A DNA stretch of 53,621 bases, filler included, from Bipalium vagum (lineage: Eukaryota), in NCBI GenBank assembly GCA_037834085.1. It is 3 parts of 3 records of this genome, joined end to end, with 100 filler letters (N's around TTAATTAATTAA, not from the genome) between each part and the next. Parts side by side here need not be neighbours in the genome. Positions count along the whole stretch, not along the records: positions 36,950 to 53,621 come from JBBMKC010099259.1; 2 more parts are not named here. The stretch is one strand, 5' to 3'. The position numbers and the translations under genes were made by a program. Of the stretch, positions 51,001 to 53,621 are shown piece after piece (positions within the stretch are counted from its first letter, which is position 1; each line of letters starts with the position of its first letter). A model generated the notes under the pieces. That model saw nothing but the letters and a program-made list of their open reading frames with translations, ran no database searches and had not been told where the DNA came from.

Positions 51001-52636
51001 TTCAAATTGCCTGTTAGATGGCAGTAGGTCTTGAAACAAAAAGGACAATAAGCCATTGATTAAAATATTTATTACTAATAAAACTTTTGGTCTTACTTTT
51101 TACTAAAAAATGCTAAGTGACTTTCGGAACGCATTTCATACATTTGTATAATAACATTAAAAATTGATAATTAATTAATTGATTGATAATGTTATTGATT
51201 TTTCAATTAACTGAAATTTTCTTAATTTAGGAATAAGATGAAAATTGATTATCCAAGTAATGGGTTTAATTGTTCAAATTTGAATAAAGAAGTGAAATTG
51301 GATACAAAACCAATTAATATTAACTATATAAATGCATCAAGTAATATATTGATTTTCTTTTACATTATATTAAATAAAAATTACAAAATTTTATTTTTAA
51401 AAATTATTTAAATATATTTTTATTTTTTTAAATTATTGAATTGATTTATTGAATTTTAGTTTTTCTAATATTATCTTTTTAAAATATTTTTATTCAGAGA
51501 AATTTATTGAAAATAATAGTTGAAATATTAGTTTCCCACATATAATTAAAAATTATTTGTGAATGAATTTTATAATAATTTTTTGAAAAAAAATGTTTAA
51601 TATACTCTAATGATTTTATATATAAACAAAATACTCTACTTTAATAAAGTAGAACGAAAAAAAAATTATTTTCCACAATATGGATATCAGTGTAAATCTC
51701 TTTTTAAACACCAGCAATAATCGGCCAGCATAATTACGTCTCACTTTCCTTGGTATCTTTTTTCTATATCCATAATATCCTGGTGAAACCTTTTGCCTTA
51801 TTCTTCACTATAATCACCAAGATTGTTCCGAAAATAGTCTAAATGACTAAGCAAAAAGTGCAATTTAAGACTCATATTACAGTTCAAATTTTTAAATTCC
51901 CGCAACAATATTCATATTAATTCTTACCTAAAAAATTTTCAGAAACATTTTTGAAATCTCTCCAAGTATTCTTTTCTGAATTGGACATCGTTGTAATGAA
52001 ATTGGAATCAGTCATAAGACTTCTTATATCTCTTCCTGTGAACATACCAGCTTCTTTTTTACAATATAAATGTTTTGAAAAGCTACGCAAATATATACGA
52101 AGCAAGGGGAAGTTTAATCTATAGCTTTTACAAATTGCTTCATTAAATCAAGTTTTATATTTCAATTTTTATCTATATTAAAAATACCTGATGCGATAGA
52201 AAAACTGCTTAGATATTTGAAATCTACGCATCAAGTTACATATGGTATATATATTTATATCTTGGGTATAAAAATCATCGTTTTAAATAAGTATAATAAA
52301 TGCTTAAAATAAATGTTGTTTAGTTTTTTTAATCATATGCATGTAGATAGAGATATTGATACATAGTTTTATCATATGCTTAAAAGATTTCGTTTAGATC
52401 ATGGAAATCTTCTGGCCTGTTGTTTGGCCAATGGTAGTTGTCACATTCTTGATTCAAAAAGTTTGAATACTCAGCAGATTTTTCAATGTGATGACAATAA
52501 TTTAACAAATGCCCATTGGTCATTAGAAGACAAATATTTAATTTTGACCACTAATTATGGTGCACATGTATATTCACCACCTCAAGGAAGGAATATCTTA
52601 ACAATCAAAAAATCAGTCAGCGAAAAACCATATAAT
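39031..52636 (+). CDS. WDR27: WD repeat-containing protein 27 (partial: first exon not found, 3' exons beyond the window)
   Basis: Phase-consistent exons 39031-39104, 39149-39284, 39334-39461, 40368-40619, 43965-44221, 44269-44440, 47941-48026, 48094-48267, 48320-48388, 51231-51340 and 52399-52636. The peptides SDRTFIVF..VYKSSILSSNPL, DKPLTFKTKIKSSGYA and GNLLACCLAN match my recollection of human WDR27 (SEDRGFKVW..IYSSSVLSAYPL, PLVFHSKVRSSGYA, GQWLACGLAN). Confidence 0.88.
41720..42000 (-). mobile_element. IS630/Tc1-like DDE_3 transposase remnant in a WDR27 intron
   Basis: IILDKARINK (for ILDNARIH) and MLKPIKQVFSMLKNSIR (for LNPIExxFSxLK). Confidence 0.55.
42330..43406 (-). mobile_element. 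degenerate mariner element in a WDR27 intron
   Basis: 5' TIR-like TA-TTATGTTGTATCAAAAGTTTCC. Motifs IRALIRHYWKRG, STVSNWFKKFQNGDTSLEDNPHQGRP and VIHFEFV. Contains a 21-bp tandem repeat at 42781-42852. Confidence 0.75.
44872..46137 (-). mobile_element. full-length mariner (DD34D), elegans-subfamily-like, inactivated
   Basis: ~30-bp TIRs TTAAGTTGGAAACAAAGTTCTCGCACTATTTT and TTGGTTGGAAACAAAATTCTCGCACTATTTT, both flanked by TA; 1266 bp. Motifs WTPHKL, TSDKK*, VWWDVKG and HDN-34aa-YSPDLAPSDY, with a few stops and frameshifts. Confidence 0.95.
46323..47742 (-). mobile_element. cecropia/Hsmar1-like mariner, interrupted by a LINE fragment
   Basis: TIR TA-TTAGGTCGGTGTATAATTAATGCAGG. Motifs RNVNKVWGESPVNKSTVQQ*FKKFR at 47742-47660, HLKEIGKAIKLDKWVSHQL, TCNEKW, HSAQWLDKDE and SPDLSPKDHLFKNL. 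Confidence 0.85.
47076..47555 (-). mobile_element. 5'-truncated non-LTR retrotransposon, restriction-like endonuclease (RLE) C-terminus (R2/NeSL-type)
   Basis: E..KNLIPGI..YLIIDVKVPFE..KQKYQTL..TFIIGAGGS..LGAFG..THNIW*, matching the PD..D..K..KY RLE signature (PD mutated to PG). One frameshift and a short 3' UTR. Confidence 0.75.
48500..48950 (+). mobile_element. possible decayed mariner 3' remnant
   Basis: Ends in EKWNLVVHKVEDYFFD*, resembling the mariner C-terminus. Other motifs are weak. Confidence 0.3.
49570..50470 (-). mobile_element. degenerate maT/DD37D-like transposon
   Basis: FFPDEKYF..NRPND (for FSDEKxF..NxQND), TVLAVISN, IFQQYSAAVRK (for FQQDSAPAH) and WSPDFWS. Confidence 0.7.
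50913..51135. mobile_element. mariner-derived MITE (~225 bp)
   Basis: Inverted termini GTTCGGAAAGTCACTTCGGTTTTT and AAAAATGCTAAGTGACTTTCGGAAC, no coding capacity, and a second partial copy at 28991. Confidence 0.75.
51690..52160 (-). mobile_element. Chapaev3-like (CMC superfamily) transposase C-terminal remnant
   Basis: GMFTGRDIR..EKNTWRDFKNVSENFLG..CNMSLKLHFLLSHLDYF..LGDYSEE*GKRFHQDIMDIEKRYQGK*..MLADYCWCLKR. Confidence 0.8.
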
Positions 52637-53621
52637 GTAAGTCTTTGATAATAATAATCGATTATAAATCAATAACTGACTTAGAATATTTTACTCGATT
52701 AATTTTATATGTTTTATACAAATTATTCAATAATAAAAAATAAAAAATGTCAGAAATAAATAAATTTTAATAATTAATTTATTGGATTGAAGAAAGTCTT
52801 TGTATTTTTAAGGAAAACTCAATCGATTTTTTATTATTATTATAAATGTTAATCAACAATATATGCACCATTTAAATTAACGAATTTTCGCACCTGTTAG
52901 GTACTTTTGAAAATCACATCCATCCAGAATTTCTCTGGTTTTGGATCGATAAACTCCTTTGAATATATATTATAACTCATAACCAATGCCAAATAATAAA
53001 AAAAATAATAAAATTAAAAAAACGAATCAATAACAATAAAAATGTATCGTAGTTCTTCGAAAAAAACTACTCCGAAAATCAATCCAGAAAATAATAATCA
53101 AATCTAATAACTTTGCAACAAATTTCTAGACAAAATTTTCTAATTTTCTTTCCTTTAAACACCAGCTGGTCAAGTACTGAGCAATGGAGTCTTGAGTGGG
53201 AAACTTTCCAAAACATAATCTTAAATTCTCCTGAGTGGCAGTACCTTTTCAATATAACAACTCAGGAAATTCGGTACGTCAATAAAAATTAATAAATTAT
53301 TTAACTATTATTTTTAGTATTATTATTCTTCCTGACACTCCTTGCTATTCTTTTCCAAAATTCTCTTTGTAGGTTTCTTTGGACGAACCGAAAACATACT
53401 GTTAAGATCCTAAGTGGGTGGGTATAAAGATGTTAGAAGTCGGAGCTTTAGTTCTGCTTAGGTCTGAACGGTTGAAGGTTGCTTAAGGATGTGTTCGATT
53501 AATTGAATGAACTGAGAAAACGATTTTTAGGTTTAATACTCATATTTGAAAACTAATTTAAAAATTATGATCTTTACAAATGATAACAATTCTGACCGAT
53601 TATTGATTTTATTAATTGTAA

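Overview
Very AT-rich eukaryotic (animal) genomic DNA with short 44-63 nt GT-AG introns and (AAT)n tracts. This pattern fits a planarian flatworm, but that is an inference. The window contains two artificial 100-bp N44-TTAATTAATTAA-N44 linkers and one plain N gap, so it may be three joined pieces. Genes I could reconstruct by hand: a 3-coding-exon HMGB gene (minus strand, ~296 aa), a 2-exon zinc-finger gene (plus, ~362 aa), at least 11 exons of WDR27 (plus, running off the window end), and an unidentified multi-exon minus-strand gene that the ORF track largely misses. Much of the rest is decayed DNA transposons: mariners of several subfamilies, Tc1-like, rosa/DD41D-like, ITmD37E-like, maT/DD37D-like, hAT, Chapaev3-like and a MITE. 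There is also a 5'-truncated RLE non-LTR retrotransposon nested in frame inside a mariner. I see no clear novel multi-gene system. The best leads are the mariner-RLE chimera, the orphan gene, the atypical HMGB and the CxC/C2HC zinc-finger protein. All family assignments rest on recalled motifs, not database searches.
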